DNA from: the human T2T-CHM13v2.0 reference genome, Homo sapiens
Direction: 5' to 3' (one strand)
NCBI RefSeq assembly: GCF_009914755.1
Contig: NC_060934.1
DNA length: 64,000 nucleotides
Both the position numbers and the translations under genes were made by a program. Below the pieces are notes generated by a model, which was not told the origin of the DNA, searched no databases, and saw only the letters and a program-made list of their open reading frames with translations. Below, piece by piece: positions 27,640-42,879 of this stretch; within the stretch, counting starts at the first letter, position 1; each line of letters begins with the position of its first letter.

Positions 27640-28007
27640 TGATATAGTTTGGCTGTGGCCCCACCCGAATCTCATCTTGAATCGTAGTTCCCATAATCCC
27701 CACGTGTCTTGGGAGGGACCTTGTCAGAGGATATTAGATTATGGGGGCAGTTCTTCATGTGAACTCATTCACTATCCCATGATAGTGATCTGATGGCTTT
27801 ATAGTGGGCCTTTCCCCCTTTTGCTTGGCGCTTCTCCTTGCCACTGCCGTGTGAAGAAGGACATGTTTGCTTCCCCTTCCACCATGATTGTAAGTTTCCT
27901 GAGGCCTCCCTAACCCTGCACAACCATGAGTCAATTAAACCTCTTTCTTTGATAAATTACTCAGTCTCCATTATGTTCTTATAGCAGTGTGAGAACAGAC
28001 TAATACA
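27640..28007 (+). mobile_element. THE1 (C/D-like) solo LTR
   Basis: tgatatagtttggctgtg ... gagaacagactaataca; flanks ataca/gtaca. Confidence 0.93.
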
Positions 28008-28316
28008 GTACATATTATATCTGTTATCCTATTTGAATGGATGGGATGGGTTATTTTGAAGTTAAAGGACTATAAAAAGACATAGGCACTTAGTGGTAGG
28101 AGAAAGTGTAGGAGAAAATAAATTGCAGTAGAGATTTTCCAAAGTTCTTCCTAAAGGGAGGTCTGCTTCACCTGTGGTGTGGGCTTTGAGGATGGTCCAA
28201 GTACGGCCATCTCTAGCAGCATTAAATGTAGTTCTCTATGTTACATTTCCTTACTCCCTAAATTATATTAAGGTAATTTGATTGACCTAAGGTGGTAGTC
28301 AGTAACTGTCACTCAC

Positions 28317-28349
28317 CTTAGCAACATTCATCAATATACTTTGCACCCT
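28317..28349 (-). other. Candidate 33-nt minus-strand exon
   Basis: Acceptor ctctctttag and consensus donor aag|gtgagt on the minus strand. Confidence 0.2.
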
Positions 28350-29750
28350 CTAAAGAGAGCAATGGTCAGGAGGGTGGGTGATGCTATTTAATGCTAACCA
28401 CACTGCCTGACTTCACTGACATAATTGCTTTACATGTCAATTTCCTTGTCCTGTGTAGTTAAATTAGAAATATCCCTTATCTAACCTAGGAGAAAACTGC
28501 ACCTGCCTAACTGATAGGTTTTTTTTTTTTTTTAGATACACACACATTTTGAATAAGGAAAAATTAAATATGTATTTTCCCCAGCAGTAATTTTCAGTAC
28601 CTAATAATAATACTTCCTTTAGTAAAAGTCTCCGTACTTCATAATATTCAGCGAGAAGTTAGCTGAGTTGTTTATAGACGATGTTCTTAAAACTTTTGAA
28701 CCTGTACTCCTTTTATTGGGCATTATAATTAAAAGGCAAAATGCAAAGCAAATTTGCTAAAAAGATTAGTATCTCATGAACGTTTCATCACGAGAGACCC
28801 AACTAATCGTCTAATTGGTTCCTCCATGTCCACCACTTACACACCCATACTAAGAGACTCTAAAGCAAACAACCTGCATTTAAATTACTATCTGTTAAAT
28901 TCTTTATAAGCGCCACCAAAATATGCATTTTAAATAAAATATCCTGTACACTGCACTTTAGGAAAGACATGAATTTTAATGCATTTCCAAGTAGCAGATA
29001 AGAAAGCAAATCAGGGCTTACTCAGTGTTCTCGAATGGCAACCCCAGACCTGGAGCTAAGTAAAAAATGGATTCAGCCATAAAGCCCAGAGTCCTGTGCT
29101 GTTGGAACTCAGAGGGCTCTCTGCTTCAAAAATAGCAGACTCTGCATGTCATTCAATTTGCTTTCACAAACATTTTGTTGAATGCTTACAACATGCCAAG
29201 CATTCAGGTATGTAACCCCAGAAGATTTAAGGAATCACAAGACCTACTTCTTGCTTTTGAAGTGTTCAAAATAAAGGATTTTATGATAAATGGGCAAAAC
29301 TAGATATAAAAACAAAGTATTTTATGACATTGATAAGGGTAATAAATAGTGATGTCTTCACAGTGCTATGGTTTTGGACATAGATGGGGAACAATTATTC
29401 TTTCCAAGGAAGGTCAAATCTCAGGAAGATTGCTTTTCTCTTGCTCCATTGTCATCATCCAAAGGAATAAAGTAACATAGATTAGGGCCTTTCCTATAAT
29501 AACCTCTCAAGACATATTTGTTCATTTGACCTGAATTGTAGCATTTCTAGTTCTTAAAATATTTAGGGTTTTTGTTGTTGTTGTTTTTTAAGCAGTAGTT
29601 ACACTTAACAATTCGTAGATTTGACAAAGATTTCTTGCCTGCAACTTACCCCTCCTCACATGTTTTAGTACCTCTCTTGTCAGTAACCATTTATGACTCT
29701 GAGAAGCTGTCTTTGACGGGGCATATGACCAATCAAGAGAGCTGGGGTAA

Positions 29751-30086
<336 letters not shown>

Positions 30087-30249
30087 ATCTTTTCTCTTAT
30101 TCTTTGAAGAAGCCAAGGTAGTCAGACCTGAGTGAAAACCAGCAGATGGTGATAGTAAGGAGCAGTGATTTTAATCAATAAAGAGCCTGACATTGACATT
30201 CAGGGATAAGAGAAAATACTGGATCAGGCCACAGAAAGGTAATCTAGGA

Positions 30250-30664
30250 TCTTGTTCAAAGTGTGGTCCATAGCAACATCAGTTTCACTTGGGAGTTACT
30301 GAGAAAGGCAGAATCTCTGCAGACCTACTGAACGAGGATCTGCATTGTAAACCATTTATCAAGGCTGGGCATGGTGGCTCACACATGTAATCCCAGCATT
30401 TTGGGAGCCTGAGGCAAGAGGATACTTGAGACCAGGATTTCGAGACCAGCCTGGGCTACACGGTGAGACCCCATCTCTACAACAAATTAAAAAATTAGCC
30501 AGGCATGCTGGCTCATGCCTGTGGTGCCAGCTAGGAGGATCCCTTGAGCCTAGGAGGTTGTGGTACCAGGTAGGAGGATCCCTTAAGCCCAGGAGATTGA
30601 GGCTGCAGTGAGCCCACATTGCATCACTGCACTCCAGTCTGGGTGACAGAGCAAGACCCTGTCT

Positions 30665-30709
<45 letters not shown>

Positions 30710-30755
30710 TCAATAGGCTCCTTTGCATATTAAACCTTGAGGATTGTTCTAAGTT
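30250..30755. mobile_element. MER5B-like DNA transposon split by an Alu
   Basis: tcaaagtgtggtcc...cagacctactgaa...atctgcatt before the Alu; ttgcatattaaaccttgag after it. Confidence 0.6.
30363..30705 (+). mobile_element. AluJ with a 39-nt internal tandem duplication and an A40 tail
   Basis: Units at 30521-59 and 30560-98; A-run at 30666-30705. Confidence 0.93.
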
Positions 30756-31629
30756 CAGTGGAAAAGATTTCAAATCACTGAAAAATGAGAAATACAAATG
30801 GATTCTAGAAAACAAAGTTTTTCAGCCATGGTGATACTGTTCCACCTCATATTCCACAAAGTTTGTTGACTATAGATAATTATATAATATGCAAATGATG
30901 GATAATCACATCAAAACACATATTCAGCCAAATGGATGATATCGTGGACTTTGTGCCATTTAGTTAATAAAAAATCTGTGTTTTTATGATGGAGTTTATT
31001 ATTTTGTCTAGTCTACAGAATAGTGCCCATTGCAAGACGCTTCTGAGGTGAGAACGTTACCACAAGTCAATTATTAAGTAAAGGAATCTGATTGTGTAAA
31101 AATATTTTTTGATCTCTTCAAATTGTACTGATAGTTCTAACTCAATCATGTTCTTAGTCTGGCACAATAAAATAGGCAATATAATCATCACCAGGCTAAG
31201 TGAAAATACTTTTTACTAATTTTGCAGACACAAACTAATCAAGGTAATTTGAATCTTGGACACAATTCAAGAAAGCCATTTATTTAACTACTTTGAGATT
31301 CATTCTTTCAGTTGCTCAATAAAGGTTACAGATAAAGATAATACAGAAAATAGAGTACAGTTTTAAAAGGCTGAAGGAAGGGACAAGGTATCTAATGTGG
31401 AACCATTTATTATCTGAAACTGTAGGACTTAAAGTGAGTAATGCCTTTGTTTTGTTCTTACATTAAGTATCACAGTTCATTAGAAGCAATACTGATTATT
31501 CTTATATTGCTTATTGAATAAGAACTGCAAAGAATGTGAACATTATTTTCTCTTTGCTGAAGAGTGCATGTGTTGTAATTAGATTTTACCACTTTGCTAT
31601 AACAAATTTCTTCCTTCTGTTTCTCCTCC

Positions 31630-31795
31630 TTTATTTTTATTTTTTAATTTTAATTTTTATTTATTTATTTATTTTTGTATAGATGAGGTCTCGCTATGTT
31701 GCCAAGGCTGATATTGAACTCCTGGTCTCAAGGGATCTGCCTGCCTCGCCCTCTCAAAGTGTTGGGATTACAAGTGTGGGGCACCACCCCCAGCC
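31630..31795 (-). mobile_element. FLAM / Alu left monomer
   Basis: Single antisense monomer with a T-rich tail. Confidence 0.88.
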
Positions 31796-32615
31796 TCTCC
31801 TTATTCCTCTTCTCTTTCCCCTTCGAGTTTCTATCTCATTCAGGATCTCTAGAACACTGAACTTGAGTTAACTTTCCAATGCTGCTTTGGGTGGGGGGGG
31901 GGTTGCAATTTCTCGAAAACTAGAGTGAAGACAGAGTGAAAATGAGGGGTGAAGAGACACAGTAAATGAAAGGCCACGGTTTCATAAGGAAATATAGCTG
32001 GGTGCTTGGTTCCACAGGTTGTGTCTCCTGCCAGGTTGTTGGAAATGAACAAATCTTGGAATATATCTTTATGTGGATCAATTTCTTTTCTGGCTTCTCC
32101 CATCTTTTGTGTCTCTTTGGTCCAAATTTACCCCAGAAGGCTTTGACTCCCCTTTATTTACTCTGGCCCTCTGCACAGGCTCTGCAGAAACCAGCATTTC
32201 CCTGATTCTGGTTGAGTCAGACCTGGGCACCGGAGGTGTTGTGACTCCCACTGTGGTGGGTGCCATGGAATCAGCACAGAATGCTGGCCCTTGACCCCCC
32301 GGGGAGACTGCATTTACCGTAGTGACAGGAGACAAGGCTATCACAGCCACAACTGGGTGTCTTACATGTGCTATCAGACTGGCTGGAATTTCTGGGGGCT
32401 GCTCTCCCCTGCAGCAGGGCGAGTGGATGAGGCCTGGGAGGCAAGTGGCCTGAGCAGATCGGGACATCATATAAACTGTGTTTAGGACAGTCTCTACATA
32501 ATTGCCTGAAATGATAGCATCTTAAAAGAAAACACCCATTTGTCTTTCCACAACAACCAGACTAGCCTAAACTATAGCAGACAAAAGTCCTAGATATGTT
32601 GTTTTTAATATAAAT

Positions 32616-32816
32616 CAGTGGCTATCAACCCAAGGCAATTTTGCCTCCCAGGGGCCATATGGCAATGGCTGGAGACATTTGAGGTGGTCACAACTTGAGG
32701 GGTGCTACTGGTGTCTAGTGAGTAGAGGCCAGAGATTCTACTAGACCAGCTGCTATACACAGGACAGTGCCCTACAACAATTATCCAACCCAAAATATCT
32801 TGGTTGAGAAATGTTC
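32616..32816 (+). mobile_element. MER20 (hAT-Charlie)
   Basis: cagtgg...aattttgcctcccagggg...ggtgctactgg...gtagaggccag...ggttgagaaa. Confidence 0.9.
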
Positions 32817-33731
32817 ATGTAGACGCAAGACCTAGATTTTTTTTTACATTATAAGGTTAATTTAATATTTTATTTGGCAAGCGAAGTTAAAAAAAACCTC
32901 AGTTCCTGTCTTTTAGTTGCAATTCCAGCCTAGCCTGGCCTTCCAGAAACGCCAGTGTCTTTGGGTAATTGGTGCCCCTGGGAAAGAGGAGTCCCAGGAA
33001 CTCCAGGGGAGGTGTTGGAGAGTGCCAGGGGCAAATTTCACATAGTCACCCCAGTCCTGATAGTTTATGGAGTAGACACACATCTGTGAGCCTGGCCACC
33101 ATTTTTATAACAGTTTTCCACTGCGAGAAAAATGTGTTATATTGGAAACATGTGTACAGTTGTTAGAATCAGCTCAGCATTCATTTAAAATATTTTTATA
33201 TATCTCAATTTGGAGAAATCTCCCACAGTTCTTAAAATCACTTTTGTTATTACTATGAATAGATTCAACTGTGATGGGACTAAAATGTAAATTACTTCAG
33301 GGCAGGGATCTTTGTTTTATTTATAAATATATCCAACAAGCCTAGAATTGTGCCTGGTTCATACAACACATGTTTGTTGAATATAATTTTGGAGACTTAG
33401 TAGTAGAAATGAGTTTTTATGAGAGAACTGTATAAATACACAAGTAATTAAAACTCAAATACGATTTTGTTGTTGTTGTTGTTGTTCTGTGTTAATATAT
33501 CAGAGGTACCAGGCCCATCAAAGGCTGGTGTCATTTCAAATTATCGTCAATGGTTGGCTTTTGAAGTCCTTGAAATGGAGGTTTTTTCACTTTTCCCCCC
33601 TTAGATATTTTTATTTATGGAATCAAACAGAACTGGATTTGAGTCCTAGGTCTACCTCTTATTTCTGTGTACCTTCAGGCAATTTATTTGAACTGTCTAA
33701 ACCTTCACTTCTTCTTTTGTAAAACTTTTAG

Positions 33732-33971
33732 TACAGATTGAATGTTCTTTATCTGAAATTCTTGGGAGTAGAAGTGTTTCTGGTTTCATATTTTTCAGAT
33801 TTTGGAATATTTGCATTATACTTAGAGGTTCAGCATCCCTAACCTAAATATCTGAAATCTAAAATTCTCCAATGGACATTTCCTTTGAGCATCATGTCAG
33901 CCCTCAGAAAGTTTTGGATTTTGGAGTATTTTGGATTTGGGATTTTCAAATTTGGAATGCTCAATCTATAT
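33732..33971 (+). mobile_element. Tigger4a-like (TcMar) MITE, inserted next to a MIR fragment
   Basis: Terminal inverted repeats ta-cagattgaatgtt / aatgctcaatcta-ta; internal ttttggattttgg repeats. Confidence 0.88.
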
Positions 33972-34043
33972 TAAATAAACTAATATAATGGGCATAGTTT
34001 AGTGCCTACAACAAAGCAAGTATTCAAAAATTGTGTGCCATTA

Positions 34044-34391
<348 letters not shown>

Positions 34392-34595
34392 TCAGATTTT
34401 ATAAATCAGAGGTATTTTGTCAATTCATATATTTACTAATAGTGTAGAATGTTTTGTGAACTATTTATTGTTTACATATATATGCTTTTCTCGATCTTTG
34501 TCTTTTTCTATTTTTTTGCTTTTAGGCTTTGGCATGATAACATTATACTAATAAAAGTGATTTTTATTAAAGATAACTCACAGTGGAAGCTTTAT

Positions 34596-34618
34596 ACACA
34601 CACAAACACACACACACA

Positions 34619-34659
<41 letters not shown>
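34596..34659. repeat. (CA)n microsatellite, interrupted
   Basis: Seen directly. Confidence 0.95.
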
Positions 34660-35244
34660 AATGTCAGCTCTCCTTATAATAAACTTGGTTTGCCAGACAT
34701 CATCATCTGCCAGTTTGATGGTCTGTGATGAACTTGGACCCAGAGATGGGCATTGAGAACTTTCTCCAAAAAGTTCACGTTGAGTTTGAGAAGCATTAGT
34801 CAATCACTGTAAGCGCAGCAAGGATTCAGGCTTTGTTCAGAGTTTTGATGCTCATTTCGTCTTTTTACATCCCTGTCTTTCCTGGCCCTGACAGCTCAAC
34901 ACTGGCATTTCACACATTTCATCTGCTTTCTCCATACCGAAAATAAACTGTTTCCAGACATGAATAAATGGGGGAAATCAAAACAACTTGTACTAAAAAT
35001 TTGAGAGTTCTGAAGACTTTTTATTTATTTTCCATTACTTCTTATTTCACAAGCGTTCTTAAATATCTTTTTTAATTGCATCCTTGAAGATACATCATAC
35101 CGTGGTTACAGGGATAAAGAAATCAATCATTGCTGAAATCATTTCCTTACTGGAAATCATCAGGGAAGATAGATATGTACAAAATAATTAGAATCATGCA
35201 AACTGAGTTTCTGCTGTGGCTCTTTTATTTTTAAAGTGACAAAT

Positions 35245-35425
35245 AATAATAGTCATAATTTATTAAACACTTGTATGGCAGATGTTCAGCCATGCCCTTT
35301 AAGTAGACTATTTTATTAAACTTTCACAAGAAGCAACAAGTTACCTAGTTTACAACTGAGGGAGCTAAGGTGTACAAAATTAAGTTACTTGCCTAAAGTT
35401 CTACAGCTAGCAAGTTACAGAGCTA
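35245..35425 (-). mobile_element. MIR
   Basis: ttaagttacttgcctaaagttctacagctag is an antisense MIR core. Confidence 0.75.
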
Positions 35426-37059
35426 GTCAAGACCCTCACTAAATAGGAAGTCATTTTATTATTTATTTCAGCTTCCCACAATATAATTAACACTATTCAC
35501 TTTTTAGATTTCAATGACAGGAGAAAACCAAAATGGCCTAGAACTAAATCCTCTCTCGCTGTCCTCTACATCTGCAACCGACACACTTCTTAAAGCTGTA
35601 TTAATATTAAAATTGCAAACTGAACCCAATCAACTGAGGGATAAGATCATTTGTACTCCTAATTAGAACTTCAGATAGAAATGAATCATTTATATTTGTG
35701 TACTTTTTTAACCAAGAATTATTCATATACTTAAATATTCTTCTCATCAATTTAGAAGATATCTAGAAAAGGTATAGATGAACAATTTTTCTAGTTAGTG
35801 GCAATTGTCTGAAGGGTTCATTGTCAGACCTTTCTTTTTCCAATTTGTAAAGTTTGTATCCATGTATTGGTATGGGCTGCACAGTTTGAAGAAGCAAATT
35901 GCATCATGGCGCAGAGTTCAAATAGGAAACTAACAAAGACATTAGAGATGTGCTAAAATATATGCCTGTTCTCCATTCCCTTCAGTGGCTGGACACGCTT
36001 GGGTTCTGAAGTATTATTTGTGGGAGTAGAATAATATCCATAGGAGTAGATGTAAAGAAATCTTATTTACCCAATTTATAATGAATCAACAAATCCATGG
36101 GCAATTGATTCATCATCAAAATATTTAAAATACTATTTATTTTCTCTAAGAATTGGTGGTTTTGGCATTTTAAATATATTTGTTGGGAGACTTTTAAAAA
36201 TTGGACTTGCCTGTTGTTTGACTTACATAAATATGTTCTTGAAATTATAAATGACTTCCCGTTCATCTGTTTGCTTTTATTACTGTTGTTTGGGAGCAAC
36301 ATGCAGCTAGGTTGGCCAAACGCTCATCTGGCCTCTTGGAGGAACAGAACCAGCAGTGGAAAAAGGACAGAAGATATGAATAGCAAGAACAGTTTAGAGT
36401 TGCTGATTTCTGGGGACAAATTTTCAAGCAAAAATCTCCCTCGGGTGGCTGTAGTCCCCCAAATTACCCTCCTTCATCACTCATTCTTTCTATGCTCATT
36501 TATCTGCCAGGAACCTGCACCATGCAGCTAACCTGCTGTCTCCCGCTTAACTGTGGGCTCCTGAGGTGTACTATCTACTCCTTTTTCAAACCGAAATCTG
36601 CAGTGTTTGGTGCAGTTTCAAGAACAAAGTAGTGTTCAACGAATACTTGTTGAATAAATGAAGGGAAGAATTCTTGAAATCATTCTCCCTTTTGCTTAAA
36701 GATTGCAGTGAACTTACACCAAATTAGGCATTCATTGAATTAGCTAATATTACTTTGTAAAAATATAAGTACCTTCAGTAGAGTCAGAAACTCTCAGGTT
36801 AATAGAAATGAATTAGTTTAGATTTCTGTCTTCTTAACATCTAAATGAAATTAGCTGCATTGAAGAAACATAAGTTTAATTGAGGGTGCAAGGTGCAGGG
36901 GAGAGTCTGGGAGAAGAAAGTAAGCAGTGTTGGGGATAGTGAGTATTTGCATTGTAGAGTGGTCCAGTGGGCAGGAAGACGGGAGGTAAAAGGTTTCATA
37001 ATGGCACTAGAAGTCATTAGGAAGGTAAGAGAGACTGGTAAAGAGAAGGCTGAAAATGC

Positions 37060-37255
37060 TGTCTTAGTCCATTTCTGTTGCTATAAAGAAATACTTAAGG
37101 CTGGGTAATTTATACAGAAAAGAGGCTTATTTGGTTCATGATTCTGCAGGCTATCAAAAAAGCATGGCGCCAACATCTACATCTGATGAAGGCTTCAGGA
37201 AGCTTCCACTCATGGTGGAAGGTGAAGGGAAGCAGGGAACCCATGATGAGAAAAG

Positions 37256-37298
<43 letters not shown>

Positions 37299-37549
37299 AG
37301 GAGGAGGTGCCAGGCTTTCTTCAACAAAAAGTTCTCAGGGAACAAGAGTGATAATTCACTTACTCCCATGAGAATGGCACTAAGGCATCCATGAGGGATC
37401 TGACCTCAGGATCCAAACACCTCCCACCAGGCCCCACCTCCAACATTGGGGACCAGATTTCACCATGAGATTCCACAGGGCAAAAAACAAACAAACAAAC
37501 AGACAAAAATAACAAAAAACAAAAAACAAACCATATTCACACAATAGCA
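37060..37549 (-). mobile_element. MSTB-like (ERVL-MaLR) solo LTR with internal (GA)n
   Basis: tgtcttagtccatttctgttgctataaag ... cacctcccaccaggccccacctccaac; flanks aatgc/gatgc. Confidence 0.9.
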
Positions 37550-37682
37550 GATGCCAAAGCAACGCTGTAAAACCACAAACTCTCTAATGCCCCAGAGACG
37601 GCATTAAATGCTTTACATCCTTTCCTTGCTACAATTTTTCTTGTTTCCAACACTCTTTTTTCAGACTGTACCTTTTGGTGCT

Positions 37683-37786
37683 ACATATTATTTTCATATT
37701 ACATATTGAAATTGCATATTGATATGTAATATGCAATTAATATGTAATATGCAAATAATATGTAATTGAAATTACATATTAATTTC
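37683..37786. repeat. AT-rich mixed direct/inverted repeat array
   Basis: aatatgtaat units occur in both orientations. Confidence 0.85.
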
Positions 37787-37933
37787 AGACATATTATAGG
37801 TCAAGTAAGCTGTAGTGTGTTGACCTGGGGACCTATCCCCATTTGTTAAAGCCTTTCCATGTGGAAAATGCACAGTATAGCATTTTAGAATTTTAAGGAA
37901 TCTTAGAAATCATCCAACTCAATGGATTTTTAA

Positions 37934-38269
<336 letters not shown>

Positions 38270-38839
38270 AGAAACCTATTTGTATTCAAAGAAAATCCTA
38301 CTTTAGGTGAAATGTGTCATACAGATAAAAGCAAAGCTTATCTGAGGGTGAGTATAATCACACTACTAACAGGACCCTCTTTCCCTCTTCTCTCTTTTTT
38401 CCCCAAGGGGGTCTGGCCTCTAATTAGACCTTGGCTTTGTCATGCAGGGTGCAGTTTGCAATCATTGATCTGAACAATTATGTTTGTTCACTGGTAAAGT
38501 AAATCCAGTGACTTTTGCAAGCTTGGCAGAATGAGTTAAGAGCAAACAAAGTCTGCTCCCCAGTCCAGTGTGCTTGCCATGGTACTAAGATTTTCCAGCA
38601 GCAAGAATGCCTGGCATAGGGTCCAATATTGTGCCTAGTGCACTTCATAAATACCTGTTGATGAATGAGCGAAAGAAATCAATGAAAGAACACTGAACTA
38701 GACATCACAAGAGTATCTAAGTGTGCAATGTTCTGGCTGTTTTGGAAAATAGTTTTGGGGGAAATGAACCAATGGAGAATGAATTCATTCTCTGAAGGCA
38801 CCCTTTTCTCTACTCGAGATCTGCCTTTGCACTGTGAGA

Positions 38840-40085
<1,246 letters not shown>

Positions 40086-41101
40086 GGCTGGAACTCTTCC
40101 TTAGTAACCTGCAGCTACATCAAGATCCTGGTCTTTCACTCGGAGAAGGTGTTATTTGTGGGCTACTCACATTGATTAACAAGTAGGATTGATTTCAACC
40201 ACCTAGGGAAAAGCCAGCTCATTTTCCTAAACTCTAAATATAGGAGATATGTTGAATGGTGATATTTAAAGATAAACAATTCTTCACATAGGAGATAAGG
40301 AAAGATGTTCTTAACATCTACTTTTTTGGTAGAACTTATAGTGGCAAGTTATATATCAAAAGAATATAATAATTAAAAATTATGAATTATATGTATAGCC
40401 GTAATTGATGCATAACCCGCCAAAATTATTTAAACTAAAGTGTTGCAATCCAACTAGCATCTTGAATCAGTTACATTCTCTAAAAAGCTTATGGTTCTTG
40501 TGACTAGGTTTATATCAATCACTTATGTGCCCAGTTCCTCAGATACGGTGTTTTTATGTAAAATGTGATGGAATTAGTCCCATTGAACCAAGGAGTAACA
40601 ATTTTATGTAGCCAATACTTGTTTATTCATTAAAAAATTTATTAAGTGCTCACTATTTTCAAGGCACTCTTTCAGGCAGTGGAATTTCAGTAGTTATCTA
40701 AAGATTTGCAGTAAAGATAGCGAAGCGTTACAATAAGATAACAGAATTGTGGAAAGGAAGAACAAAGAGGGTGAAGGTTCTCTTCTCTTAATTTGTGTTT
40801 TCTTCAAGTTTAAGAATTTGAATCAGCTCATGAATCATAAATGAGAAAGTTTACTGGGTTTATGTATAGCTAGTAAAGACATTTATATTACCTACACTAC
40901 ACAACAAGTATGCAACAGCTACTCATTTTTCTTTTCTTTTCAACATGAAACTTCCCAATCACGGAAAAATGGAAGTAAATGGTGTAGGATCTATTTACAC
41001 CCTGCCAACAGATACCCAGCCTTCTTAAACTTATTGTAGTTTTGCATATGTTTCTTTTCATTGCCGTGAGTCCCCAGAGCCCTGATCTCTTATTCTTTCA
41101 G

Positions 41102-41118
41102 AATATAGAAGTGTGGAG
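41102..41118 (+). other. Candidate 17-nt microexon
   Basis: cctgatctcttattctttcag | aatatagaagtgtggag | gtgagt. Confidence 0.2.
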
Positions 41119-42266
41119 GTGAGTTCTGTGGGGCTGCAACTCTATGTAAATCTGCTCTGAGGAATAGCAGAAGCAGGTTGTGAAGAGCTTCGTATAATAC
41201 ATGGAAGTAGCGTGTGTCTGTCTTTTATCAACCCTGTTCTGGTTTTCTTTTTAAATGACAAGAACATATGGGGACCTTCCTTTTGTGCTATTATTTTTAG
41301 AGGGTAAGAGGAGGTGATTTTAATCTTTACCATGTAAAATGAACCACCTCACTCATCGTTGAATCTTCATGTCATATTTCAATTTTTAATGGCATCGGAG
41401 AAACTAAGGATGTGAATATTGTGCTATTATGTTTTGGGGCCCTTTTCCCTCCGGGTTTTGTTTAGATGAATCTTGGATCTTGGGTAGATGTTTGTGCAAA
41501 AGTTGTATTGACAAAGACATCTGTGCAGATCCCAGTTCAAAACAATATTTAGTTCTGGGAATTGTTCAGAAACAGCTGCCGGCTGACATTATGTTCTAGA
41601 AGTGCTTGCAGGGCTGGTACGTTGCACAGAGCATTTTGCATTTGACTCTTATAAACTGATAGCTGGGCTGCAAAGAAATTATATTTGATGTTGTGAGATA
41701 TTGTATATTAGACAGAACATCCTAGAATACAGGGAGCATCACTGCCCACTTCAAACAGCCCTGCAGAAAGGCAAGTGTGACACGCAGCACTTCCTCATGT
41801 GTAAGCTTTGTTGTACACATAACTCCAAGGATGGAATTTTTGCTTGAATAAGTTAATGACTTAGTACCCGAAAGAAACATGACATGCATGCCGTGGCTTA
41901 ATTTCATATCATTTTAATATATTTTGTAGCTTGTTTATTAAAAATTAACAAGCATTTTTTTATGTCAGTTCAAAGTAATAAATAAGCTGTATGTTGGATG
42001 AGAGAGAGTAAAAACCGTTTTCTTTTTTTCTTGGAAGTTGTAGTCCAAAGATACTATTCAAAAATTTTTTTAATATCAGAGGGAAAGAGTATTAGACTTG
42101 ATAAGTGTGTGATTTAGATACAATAATTAATGAAATATATGTTGGTCTCTAATTAAAGCTAATTATCTATGTATAATACAACATACTGTTTTCTTAGGTG
42201 AGGGAGCAAAATGCATAAATTGAAGCAAAACGCTATTTTTATTAAACCTGGGAAGATTAAAAAAAG

Positions 42267-42544
42267 TTTTTTTGAGACAGGGTCTCACTCTGTTGCTCAG
42301 GCTGGAGTGCAGTGATGTGATCATGGCTTGCTGTAACCTCAAATGTTTCTCCCACCTCTGCCTCCTGAGTAGCTGGCACTACAGGCAGGTGCACCACATG
42401 TAGTTAATTAACTTTTTAATTTTTTTGTAGAGATAGGGTTCTCACTATGTCATCCAGGCTGATCTGGAACTCTTGGCCTCCAGCAATCCTCCAGCCTTGG
42501 CCTCCCAAAGAGCTGGGATTATGAATGAATCACCTTGCCCTGCC
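42267..42544 (-). mobile_element. AluJ
   Basis: Degenerate J-type dimer. Confidence 0.9.
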
Positions 42545-42879
42545 AAGATTTTGAAATTTGAATATAAGAAAGAATGATTTCAGCTGATTAATCATATTTA
42601 TGTTAGGCTAAAATAGGCATCTATCTGGCACACTTCTTAGATGAATTCTGAAACTATCACTTGGAAAGCCTATTTTGTCTCCTGATTTTGATTTTCGTCT
42701 CAAATTCTTTGTGAAAATATATAAAGTCTAAACAATTTGAAAATCAAAAATGGAACAATTTAAATTTTTTTTATCAAAAATATTATCTTTCTGCTAATAC
42801 TAAAGCTTCAGGGGAAGTGCTGATGAGATGCTGATATTTGGCAAAATGGGAGAAGATGGACCCTAGATGAGAATTTGCT

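Noticed and set aside
32078-32470. 130-aa minus-strand ORF
   Set aside because: No recognisable homology; locally higher GC makes open frames likely by chance.
34695-34800. Weak hairpin followed by a C-box-like gtgatga
   Set aside because: No D box (CTGA) at a suitable distance and no terminal stem, so not a snoRNA.
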